A stretch of 39,112 nt of DNA from a virus, in the IMG/VR virus record IMGVR_UViG_3300023212_000488, positions 1 to 39,112 of that record; one strand, given 5' to 3'. The notes under the pieces are model-generated. The model did no database searches and was not told the origin of the DNA. It saw only the letters and a list, made by a program, of their open reading frames with translations. Made by a program: the position numbers and the translations under genes. Positions 24,957 through 32,651 of the stretch are shown here, one piece after another; position 1 is the first letter of the stretch; each line of letters opens with the position of its first letter.

Positions 24957-26093
24957 TTACGTATTCTGATCGTGCAAGTAAGCTCTCCAGAAAATTACAT
25001 CTGAAGTACTACCAGCTACGCCACTACCAATGATAAATCCTTGGAAAGTGCCGTTAATGTACGCACCAGCAATAGCAGGACCATTAATGGTCTGTGTAGC
25101 TGTTGTAAGTCCATTATAGCCGTTAAAGATACTTGGAGATGTAAAGTTACTGAGAAGCGAACCACTGTTAATATCACCAACAGCAACGATCTGTGGGAAT
25201 TTCTCGCCAGGAAAAGCAGCAAATGTTTGGTTGCTGTTAAAGGCGGTAAACCCAGTAGAAACGATGTTGACAGTGACTTGAGTGGAACTATTAACTACTG
25301 TCACAAATCCATAGATCGGAGATCCAGGAATTAAGGCGTTAGGAAGCGAGTTTAACTGAGTTGTACCCCAGCTAGCAGGAATCCTAAAAGCAACTTCTTG
25401 ACCCACACTAAAGTTGTGTGGTGTGGTAGTTGTCACCAAAGTTGTAGCACCAGTAGTAATTGCACTAATAACGTTTGTCCCAGGAACATATAAAGCAGGA
25501 AAGAGCACTTGCTTAAATGAACCCACGTTATTTGTCGAAGTAGCTGTATTAAACGCAGTATAATTCGACTGGTTAGTATTCCATGGAATAGTAAAGGTCG
25601 TAGCACCTGTTACAGTGATGGCAAAAGGAATGCCAGCAATTTGCTGCATACCAGTTGTCGATGTCTGTGCCAAGTTAGAGAACACAACTACGTTACCGGT
25701 AACTAAACCGTGATTACCAACGGTGGTAATCCCTGCCGATGCTGCTTTACTAATCTGAAAGTCAGAAACAGGAGAACCACCATGTTGATTAACAGGTCCA
25801 TATTGCAGAGCAATACCACCTGAGAGTGTGCTAAAGCCTGTACCATTTGTTTGACCGCCAGAGCTTGTTCCACCGACAACGTCAATGTAAACTTCGCCTG
25901 TACCAAACAAGTTAGCAGAAGCTGCACCTTGCCCCATATCAGTGTACCATCTTGCAGAAGTGATACCTGAACCAGCTACCTGTCTTGTTTTATTCTCAAT
26001 TTCAATGAAATTTGGAACAAAAGGAAGAACAACTGGAGTTGAACCACCTAAAGATGTCACTTGTCCACTTACTAATGTTGAATAATGAGCCAT
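24957..26093 (-). CDS. abundant head/virion surface protein candidate with two small beta-barrel modules
   Basis: The gene lies immediately downstream of the capsid gene, with AAGGAGGG plus 5 nt upstream. The modules are GNVVVFSNLAQTSTTGMQQIAGIPFAITV and VGQEVAFRIPASWGTTQLNSL...GFVTVV. Confidence 0.5.
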   Translation of the reverse strand: MAHYSTLVSGQVTSLGGSTPVVLPFVPNFIEIENKTRQVAGSGITSARWYTDMGQGAASANLFGTGEVYIDVVGGTSSGGQTNGTGFSTLSGGIALQYGPVNQHGGSPVSDFQISKAASAGITTVGNHGLVTGNVVVFSNLAQTSTTGMQQIAGIPFAITVTGATTFTIPWNTNQSNYTAFNTATSTNNVGSFKQVLFPALYVPGTNVISAITTGATTLVTTTTPHNFSVGQEVAFRIPASWGTTQLNSLPNALIPGSPIYGFVTVVNSSTQVTVNIVSTGFTAFNSNQTFAAFPGEKFPQIVAVGDINSGSLLSNFTSPSIFNGYNGLTTATQTINGPAIAGAYINGTFQGFIIGSGVAGSTSDVIFWRAYLHDQNT

Positions 26094-26108
26094 AAAAAAC
26101 CCTCCTTA

Positions 26109-27080
26109 TTATGGTCCGAAGAGACCAGATAGTCTCGTCGAAGTTAGGTTTCTGATAGCTGTATCTTGAGTGATCGCCTGCGCTTGAGCGAATTTAACCG
26201 CCAAAGTAGCATTTTGTGCGAGCATTCCAGAATAGTAAGGGTCACGATAAATCAGGTTCATGGAATATCCATCCTGATTGATGTGCGTGATAGCCTGTTT
26301 ACCCAAAACAGTATTATAATATACGTCTTGGCCGTTAGCAGAAGCGCCTCTAGCAACAGGAGCTTCAGAACTTGTAAGCACACGAATATTAAATGCAGAA
26401 CCAAACTCACTTGGCAATGCAGAAGCATTCGTAGGATAGTTCCACTGGTTTAAGAACCCAGCACCAACTAGACCATCAAAGTCTGTTTGGAGCTCTGTTG
26501 AGCTCAGCATAAAATATGCAGAACGTACAGGGCCTGTACCAAAACGATCCATACCCTCAATACCGCTCATAAATTTATAAGCGTTATTCGAATCAAGAGT
26601 TGTTGCTACCAAGCTAAAATCGCTCATCGCGAGATTAGTTGGATTGTCTCCATTAGAGCCACCACCAGCGTTAATAACGGAAGCGGCGGAGACAATATAG
26701 TCGCGGAGGATCAAATCCTCTGCCTGGCGCATCGCGACGGCTAATCGCTCTGACACCCAAGCTAAAACACCTTCTTGGTCTTGCAAAATAACTTGTTCGT
26801 TGATTATGCAACCAGTACCAAAGAAAGCCATTTGCGCATCGATAATGTCCCTTTGTGGAACTTGCGCTGGGGGATCTATCCCCGAGTTACCCAATTGTAT
26901 TGTGGGCGGTTGTAATGCGCGTGGGCGCATAAAACGGCATGTGGTCCCGCCATTTGGTGGCATAGAGACTTTGTCACAAACCGTGATGTAGTTCATTGTG
27001 GGAGTAGGCACATAAAGCATCGCAGGAGCTAAGCTCTGGAGAATTAGTGGCCCCAAATTCCCGGTAGTCGTAATCGACAT
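26109..27080 (-). CDS. major capsid protein (inferred)
   Basis: The 323-aa gene follows the scaffold and heads a tightly packed structural block. It has SD AAGAGG and a long leader. The call rests on position and size. Confidence 0.6.
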   Translation of the reverse strand: MSITTTGNLGPLILQSLAPAMLYVPTPTMNYITVCDKVSMPPNGGTTCRFMRPRALQPPTIQLGNSGIDPPAQVPQRDIIDAQMAFFGTGCIINEQVILQDQEGVLAWVSERLAVAMRQAEDLILRDYIVSAASVINAGGGSNGDNPTNLAMSDFSLVATTLDSNNAYKFMSGIEGMDRFGTGPVRSAYFMLSSTELQTDFDGLVGAGFLNQWNYPTNASALPSEFGSAFNIRVLTSSEAPVARGASANGQDVYYNTVLGKQAITHINQDGYSMNLIYRDPYYSGMLAQNATLAVKFAQAQAITQDTAIRNLTSTRLSGLFGP

Positions 27081-27300
27081 TCTAACCTCTTAGGTTAAAT
27101 GTTGATGACATGACGATCGGTAGACGAGCCTATTTACGTCAGTTTTCGATCATATCTGCACGGTTGCGAAGCCGCTAACGCGAAATATCCCCAGCTAAGC
27201 CTACTTAATCTCTGACGCATAACGTCAGCCTTCAGTTAACCAGGGATCACACATAACGCTTGTGCGGGCGGAATATCTATTTTATCAAATATTTATTTTA
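27081..27300 (-). other. GC-enriched, hairpin-rich non-coding leader upstream of the capsid gene
   Basis: There is no plausible ORF. The hairpins are CTGACG/CGTCAG (around 27212-27228), TGACG...CGTCA, and TAACCT/AGGTTA over the SD. GCGAAATATCC and GCGGAATATCT form a direct repeat. Confidence 0.4.
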
Positions 27301-27369
27301 AGTCAAAAGATCTTGCGTTTTTTGTAGTCCCTTTGGTAGATTAATTTCTTAATTTAATAAAGGGATTTT

Positions 27370-28713
27370 ATGAAACTTAGACCATATCAGAAAGATGCAA
27401 TCAACTCCATAAAAGAGCATTTTAAAAGCAATCAAAAGCAATTTATTTGCATGCCAACAGGAAGCGGCAAAACAATAACTTTTCTTTCATATGCGAAAGA
27501 AAATCATGAAAAGATTCTAATCATTGTTCCTTCACGAGAACTTTTGAAACAAGTTTATGAATCAGCTCTTTTGTTTTTTCATAAAGATGAAATCTCAAGA
27601 CATGGAGATATCTATCATGAGGATCCAGCATTTTCTAAAGTTCACATAGGAATTATTAACAGTATTAGACGCGATTATGGATCTTTGTTAGATGATGAAT
27701 TGTTTGATCTAATCATTATCGATGAAGCTCATCACGTTCAAGCAGCTAGTTATGAAAAAATAATAACTTTTTTAGACACGTGGTCTTTTGAGGATCGACC
27801 TAAAATTTTAGGTGTTACCGCCACTCCTGATAGACGAGATGGAAAACTTCTTCAGGATTTATTGCATTGTTGCACATTCGAACTACATATAACTGATTTG
27901 ATTAAGGAAAAATATCTTTGCGATTTAGAAGGATATAGAGTGAAAACAAATCTTGATTTGACTGGAATTCCTTTTTCAAACGGTGATTTCAGCACTATAG
28001 AACTTTACAGAATTTTAGGAACAAAAACGCGAAATGATTTTATCATAAACACATGTAAAAAAGAATTCAAAGATAGGAAAACGTTAATCTTTTGCATAAA
28101 CGTTCAGCATTCAAAAGAAATAAACAAGCTTTTGAATGAGAATGGGTTATCAAGCCGTCATATTGATTCAAAAACAAGTTCTATAGAAAGAAATGTCATT
28201 CTATCTGCTTTTAGAAATGGAGATATCTCTTTCTTATGTAACTGTCAACTTCTTTCTGAGGGATTCGATGAACCATCCATAGATGGAATTGTATTGGCTC
28301 GCCCTACATTAAGTCGTGCTTTATTTATTCAGATGATTGGGCGAGGTCTTAGAACTTTTCCGGGTAAAGAAAGTTGTAAGATTTTTGATATAGTAGATAA
28401 TCACAAAAATTTAATGAGTTTTAACGATATCATCGAAATGCATGAGACTTTTAAACCACTCGACTATTTCAAATCCTTCGACCAATTGAAAAATTATATT
28501 GAAGATTTACGAGTCGAACAAGCTGAATTTGTCATAGAAAGAACTCAATTTTTTAAAGAAAAGTCTATCGATTCTATTTATGCATATGCTCATATGACTG
28601 AGTATCTTGAAAAAAACAACATAATATTTCAAAACCCTATTACATTCAATGAAGCGAGTTTCCTCATTTGGATGGATAAGTTAAAAAAGGAGTACGCCAA
28701 TGGCCTCAATTGA
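27370..28713 (+). CDS. superfamily 2 DEAD/DEAH-box (ResIII-type) DNA helicase
   Basis: The motifs are LRPYQ, MPTGSGKT (I), DEAHH (II), TATP (III) and QMIGRGLR (VI). A possible TTGCGT-18-TAGATT promoter lies at 27313-27342. Confidence 0.85.
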   Translation: MKLRPYQKDAINSIKEHFKSNQKQFICMPTGSGKTITFLSYAKENHEKILIIVPSRELLKQVYESALLFFHKDEISRHGDIYHEDPAFSKVHIGIINSIRRDYGSLLDDELFDLIIIDEAHHVQAASYEKIITFLDTWSFEDRPKILGVTATPDRRDGKLLQDLLHCCTFELHITDLIKEKYLCDLEGYRVKTNLDLTGIPFSNGDFSTIELYRILGTKTRNDFIINTCKKEFKDRKTLIFCINVQHSKEINKLLNENGLSSRHIDSKTSSIERNVILSAFRNGDISFLCNCQLLSEGFDEPSIDGIVLARPTLSRALFIQMIGRGLRTFPGKESCKIFDIVDNHKNLMSFNDIIEMHETFKPLDYFKSFDQLKNYIEDLRVEQAEFVIERTQFFKEKSIDSIYAYAHMTEYLEKNNIIFQNPITFNEASFLIWMDKLKKEYANGLN

Positions 28714-29257
28714 AAAACGTGCGAAAAAGAACGGTGAGATTAACTACCAAGTAAATATAAGAAGAAAAGGGTTTGAAATTTATAAAACTTTTCGAACTGA
28801 AGAAGATGCAAATTTATATGCTTTTTACAAAGAAAGACTTATAGATAATATGGATAACTTCGAAATCGACATAAAAAACAGAGTGACGTTGAAAGATATA
28901 CTAGAAATAAAGCTTAATTCTGTTGAAGATATACGTGCTAGACAAGATATAGAAAATTCATATATGCGCGTTCATCCTTATATTGAAGATAAATTCTTAA
29001 GTGAAATTTCTTATGATGATTGGCTTCATATAGCAAAAAGTCTTTTGGGAGAAAGTGTTTATAGAGGAGCAAAAAATGAAAAAAACAAACGTCTAATGTC
29101 AGTTTCGACCTTAAGGAGATATTTTGCAGTGATGTCAAGCATTTTCTCAAATGCTGCTAATCATGGAATTAGAGTGCACAATCATCCGCTAGATGTTTTG
29201 AAGGCTTATATCTACCCTGAAGTGAATAAAGCAAAAAAGCAAAAAAATTCTATCTAA
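28700..29257 (+). CDS. tyrosine-integrase N-terminal half only (arm-binding plus SAM-like core-binding domains); catalytic domain absent
   Basis: KRAKKNGEINYQVNIRRKGFEIYKTFRTEEDANLYA looks like an arm-type domain. ...STLRRYFAVMSSIFSNAANHGIRVHNHPLD looks like a core-binding domain. The ORF stops 25 nt before the tRNA. AAGGAG plus 7 nt lies upstream, and the start overlaps the helicase stop. Confidence 0.55.
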   Translation: MASIEKRAKKNGEINYQVNIRRKGFEIYKTFRTEEDANLYAFYKERLIDNMDNFEIDIKNRVTLKDILEIKLNSVEDIRARQDIENSYMRVHPYIEDKFLSEISYDDWLHIAKSLLGESVYRGAKNEKNKRLMSVSTLRRYFAVMSSIFSNAANHGIRVHNHPLDVLKAYIYPEVNKAKKQKNSI

Positions 29258-29282
29258 AAAAGGAAAATTTATTCCGAGCTAG

Positions 29283-29354
29283 CTCAGCGGCAGAGCAGTG
29301 GACTGTTAATCCATTGGTCGTAGGTTCGAATCCTACACTCGGAGAAAAAAAAGA
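29283..29354 (+). tRNA. tRNA-Asn (anticodon GTT)
   Basis: Manual cloverleaf: acceptor TCCGAGC/ACTCGGA (one mismatch), D arm GCTC-AGCGGCA-GAGC, anticodon arm GTGGA-CTGTTAA-TCCAT, T arm GTAGG-TTCGAAT-CCTAC. No CCA is encoded. Confidence 0.85.
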
Positions 29355-29392
29355 GAGCTAAGCGAAGTCTCCCTTAGCTCTCTAGCTTCCTA
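29355..29392 (-). terminator. rho-independent terminator (minus strand)
   Basis: A perfect 10-bp stem pairs GAGAGCTAAG with CTTAGCTCTC. On the minus strand it is followed by T8. Confidence 0.7.
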
Positions 29393-29432
29393 TCATTCCG
29401 AAATCACTTTAATCAGCATAAAGAATTTAAGC

Positions 29433-29467
29433 AATAAAAAAGGGCCAAAGGACCGTCCTTTGACCCC
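29433..29467 (-). terminator. rho-independent terminator (minus strand), tandem with the previous one
   Basis: The stem pairs CAAAGG with CCTTTG and has G/C extensions. On the minus strand it is followed by CTTTTTTATT. Confidence 0.5.
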
Positions 29468-29527
29468 ACTCTTAACAAAAGGGTGAAAATATGAAAACGC
29501 TCACATCATAGCATAAAAAGAAATTTA

Positions 29528-29812
29528 TCAAAACGTTTTTATATCTTTTAGAATCCAATTCATGCACACATTTACATCGTTTTCATCTAAAGAAACAGGT
29601 AACCATTTTTCATAAAAGTGTTCATATTCAACAAAAGATAGGCCGCCGTGTCTATCTACTTTCATAAAACATAAAACATTTTTCTTGATTAAATGATTCA
29701 CTACAGCAATATAAACAATGGTTTCCTCATGCAATACACAGCCCAAATTACCGATTTGGGGTACAACATCTTTGACCGAAACATATTTCGTCACATCAGA
29801 TACTTTATTCAT
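29528..29812 (-). CDS. hypothetical protein
   Basis: The ATG at 29812 lies 2 nt after the upstream stop, with AAGGTGA upstream. The track start at 29851 overlaps the previous gene. Confidence 0.5.
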   Translation of the reverse strand: MNKVSDVTKYVSVKDVVPQIGNLGCVLHEETIVYIAVVNHLIKKNVLCFMKVDRHGGLSFVEYEHFYEKWLPVSLDENDVNVCMNWILKDIKTF

Positions 29813-29814
29813 AA

Positions 29815-30000
29815 TTAATTTTTCACCTTGTAGCTTTGCAAAAGCTCGCATATCTCATCGATAGCAGCATCTTTAAAGTCGCCATCTTTAAGATAATCGT
29901 CCTCAAAATGCATTGTGAGGTCGTTTACTTTTGCTAGTATCTCTGAAAATGTAAGAAGATCTTTATTTGATTTTAGTGCTGCAAATAGTCTATCAAACAT
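29815..30000 (-). CDS. hypothetical acidic protein
   Basis: ORF from the track, directly downstream of the scaffold gene. Confidence 0.5.
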   Translation of the reverse strand: MFDRLFAALKSNKDLLTFSEILAKVNDLTMHFEDDYLKDGDFKDAAIDEICELLQSYKVKN

Positions 30001-30010
30001 ATTTCCCCCT

Positions 30011-30673
30011 TTATATTCTCATGTTTTTTTGAAGCTCTTTCATCTTTGCGTAGGCTTGTTTTTGGCCAGCATCACTAAAGTCTCCAGCTGCTGCATAAGG
30101 CGCTGTGCCTACTCCGGACGGCTGATAATAAGGACTCTTACGATTTGCATCGATCTTTTCTTGAATAGATGGTGCTTTTGCTGCTGGTTTATCTAATCCT
30201 AGTGCCTTGATATTCTTGTAGACCAGTTTTTGTCTTTCAAATGTATCAGGCATCTCTAATATGGCTTCAGCTAGCTCAGGATCTTTTTGAGCGAACTTTT
30301 CAGCATGTTGCATCACATCAAAAAAATCTGGATTTGATTTCATCCAACTATCTCTTTTCTGTTGGTCAAGTAGATGACGAGCCTTTTCTTCTGCTTTTTT
30401 CTCGATTTTTTCTTCTAATTTTTTCTCAAATGAAGAAAGCTTACGATCAAGGCGTTTGTGATCTACATAAGGATCATCGTATTCATCTTCTTCAACTTGG
30501 ACTTGCTTTTTCATTTGATATTCGCGAGCTAAACGTTCTGCTTCTTCACGCTTTGTGCGCTCCTCAGATACCTGTCGCTGGTATTTTGCCTCAAGGGCAC
30601 GGAAATTCAGTTCTTTGTCTGATGGTTTTTGTTCTTGATTTTGTGGTTGACTCTCTTGCGTCTGAGCTGTCAT
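30011..30673 (-). CDS. scaffolding protein (inferred)
   Basis: The 220-aa product is highly charged and helical (E/K/Q-rich). The gene lies between the portal and capsid genes. SD AAAGGAA lies upstream. Confidence 0.55.
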   Translation of the reverse strand: MTAQTQESQPQNQEQKPSDKELNFRALEAKYQRQVSEERTKREEAERLAREYQMKKQVQVEEDEYDDPYVDHKRLDRKLSSFEKKLEEKIEKKAEEKARHLLDQQKRDSWMKSNPDFFDVMQHAEKFAQKDPELAEAILEMPDTFERQKLVYKNIKALGLDKPAAKAPSIQEKIDANRKSPYYQPSGVGTAPYAAAGDFSDAGQKQAYAKMKELQKNMRI

Positions 30674-30756
30674 ATTAAAAATTCCTTTACCCGTAACGCT
30701 GGGTTGCGATAGGATTTAAGGATATTTAACTAAAATTTTAATTTGACTGCAAGATT

Positions 30757-30951
30757 ATGATGAAGCTTTTTGTTTCTTCTGGCAACGTTATTACAGAAAT
30801 TGAAGCGGAGGAAGTTTTTACAGATACCTCCGGAATACTTAGATTTTACTACAAAAATCATGTTGTAGCAGAATTCAAGACTTGGGATTTTTGGATCGAT
30901 CAAAAATTAAGCAATAAAACAAAGAAGAAAAATGAAGCTCAATCGGCTTGA
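30757..30951 (+). CDS. hypothetical protein
   Basis: ORF from the track, first gene of a plus-strand island. Confidence 0.4.
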   Translation: MMKLFVSSGNVITEIEAEEVFTDTSGILRFYYKNHVVAEFKTWDFWIDQKLSNKTKKKNEAQSA

Positions 30952-31156
30952 AATGTCAATTGAATATATGCTCGCATTTAATTGGAATTCTGAAATCTTA
31001 GAAGAAGCTAAGAGAGCATTAGAGAAATGGGATGCAAGACCAAAATCTTTTTATAAAAACACTTCTAAGCTTGCTTACACAGTCGATATGAGTGAGAAAG
31101 AACATTACAGAAATTGTGTGCAATTTTGGGAAGAAAGACTGAAAAATGAAAATTAA
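30932..31156 (+). CDS. hypothetical protein (starts MKLNRLEM)
   Basis: ORF from the track, overlapping its neighbours at both ends. Confidence 0.45.
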   Translation: MKLNRLEMSIEYMLAFNWNSEILEEAKRALEKWDARPKSFYKNTSKLAYTVDMSEKEHYRNCVQFWEERLKNEN

Positions 31157-31667
31157 TCGTCTTGAAACACATGATCGTTTACTTCATCTAAAAAAAGATC
31201 AAGCAATCAACATAAATCAAGGCGCTGAAGAGTGCTTAAAGCATAATCGTCTTTCTGTTGGCCTTCAGCAATATTCTCCATATGTTTATCTTTTTGCCCA
31301 TCCACGTACAGCTGACGATGGCGTTACAAAGAAAATGTATTGGCAACCACGCTTGACAAAACCGCGAGCACAGACAAATTCATATCTTTTTCGAGCACAA
31401 TCAAACTCAGATGTCATAGAGATATGTTGGCTTTTGCCTCCAGAAGAGATGTGGATGCAATACAATAAAGGAAATGTTACCGAACATGAAATTGTTCGTT
31501 GGAGCATTCAAATGTTTAAATCGCATCGAGAGGATCTTGAAAGACCTCATGAAGAGGATATAAATGATGAATTTGCGAGAAATATATATCGAAAAGTCGC
31601 TCAAGAAATCGATGAAGAAATCAACAAAGATAAATTAAATGGCATCTATGGAAACAATGAAATGTGA
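31146..31667 (+). CDS. conserved-looking hypothetical protein (starts MKINRLET)
   Basis: The 173-aa ORF contains YLFAHPRTADDG...YWQPRLTKPRAQTNSYLF. The family was not recognised. Confidence 0.55.
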   Translation: MKINRLETHDRLLHLKKDQAININQGAEECLKHNRLSVGLQQYSPYVYLFAHPRTADDGVTKKMYWQPRLTKPRAQTNSYLFRAQSNSDVIEICWLLPPEEMWMQYNKGNVTEHEIVRWSIQMFKSHREDLERPHEEDINDEFARNIYRKVAQEIDEEINKDKLNGIYGNNEM

Positions 31668-31815
31668 AAGATGCCAGCATGAATGTGAATTATGCTTAGC
31701 AGACTGGCCTTGGAGTGATGATTATTGGATTTGTCCTAATTGCGAATCAACTTATTATATAGAAGATGATCTTAAGCCAAACTCTTCGGAGGAGTCTTTA
31801 GCTTCTTTGAAGTAA
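31648..31815 (+). CDS. small zinc-ribbon protein (CxxC-N19-CxxC)
   Basis: Hand translation gives METMKCERCQHECELCLADWPWSDDYWICPNCESTYYIEDD.... It is below the track cutoff, and its 3' end overlaps the convergent gene by 44 nt. Confidence 0.4.
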   Translation: METMKCERCQHECELCLADWPWSDDYWICPNCESTYYIEDDLKPNSSEESLASLK

Positions 31816-31987
31816 CTGCCATCATTCCCATTGAATCGCCGCGCATTCTGCCAATCTTAGCTTTAATACCAGTTCCATAATGATCCCCCATGCCATATTG
31901 CGTATTTTGCGTATGTGCAAAGCGATTCTTTCCTGGTTTCTTGGGATACTGACGATTAGGCTGACCGGCTTGCTGTGCTTGTGCCAT
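31772..31987 (-). CDS. small basic Gly-rich protein with GDHYGTG motif
   Basis: ORF from the track. Its start codon overlaps the stop codon of the upstream paralogue by 1 nt. Confidence 0.5.
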   Translation of the reverse strand: MAQAQQAGQPNRQYPKKPGKNRFAHTQNTQYGMGDHYGTGIKAKIGRMRGDSMGMMAVTSKKLKTPPKSLA

Positions 31988-32265
31988 TATTCATCTATTT
32001 CGGTTTCAAAAAGACCTGGTTTTCCTTGATAAACTTCACTAACTTCCATTGTCTTTATGCCCCTAAGATCTGTTGGAAGCACAGCAACTTTATCTTTTGG
32101 ATCGCCTTTATGACCGACTGGTTGCCTGTGACCTGCACCATAATGAGTGCCAGCATTTACAAAGCAGCTTGATCTTTCATCATATGGAGGACATTCAAAA
32201 GACCAAGGATTTTTCTTTTTCTTTGGATCTTTGATTTTTATAGGGTCGGAAAAACCTGTCTGCAT
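31987..32265 (-). CDS. small protein with GTHYGAG motif
   Basis: ORF from the track with AGGAGG upstream (short 3-nt spacing). Confidence 0.5.
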   Translation of the reverse strand: MQTGFSDPIKIKDPKKKKNPWSFECPPYDERSSCFVNAGTHYGAGHRQPVGHKGDPKDKVAVLPTDLRGIKTMEVSEVYQGKPGLFETEIDE

Positions 32266-32350
32266 ATGCCTCCTAATTTAGAAAGGCGGCTTCCTTTTTT
32301 AAGGGTTCGGCTAGCCGCTAAAGAGCCGTCAAAGGAATACACCTATGAGA

Positions 32351-32572
32351 TTAATTTCTGAAAGTCTCTTTTCTCGGAAGTCCACGAACTTTCTTTTCGC
32401 CAAGCATTTGTTGCTCAGCAATAGCTTCGGTAGTATCTTCATAATGAGATAGCTCACCAGAGTGGCCATCAGAATGTTCTTCTTTTGTTTTATATGGACC
32501 ATCTGGAAATACAGTATTTTTCCCTTTACCGCCTGCCCAAAAGGAATGATCATCTATTCTTCGCCCGGCCAT
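32351..32572 (-). CDS. small protein downstream of portal
   Basis: ORF from the track with GAAGGAGA plus 7 nt upstream. It is preferred over the overlapping ORF 32329..32553. Confidence 0.5.
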   Translation of the reverse strand: MAGRRIDDHSFWAGGKGKNTVFPDGPYKTKEEHSDGHSGELSHYEDTTEAIAEQQMLGEKKVRGLPRKETFRN

Positions 32573-32651
32573 AACATTGTCTCCTTCAGCAAAAGCTGAT
32601 TTTAAAGTTATTTCTTTATAACATTATGTAAATATTCTTCACAACTTTTCT

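Noticed and set aside
27081-27300. Self-cleaving ribozyme (hammerhead or twister) in the capsid leader
   Set aside because: I found no CUGAUGA...GAAA core and no convincing twister-like conserved stretches on either strand by eye.
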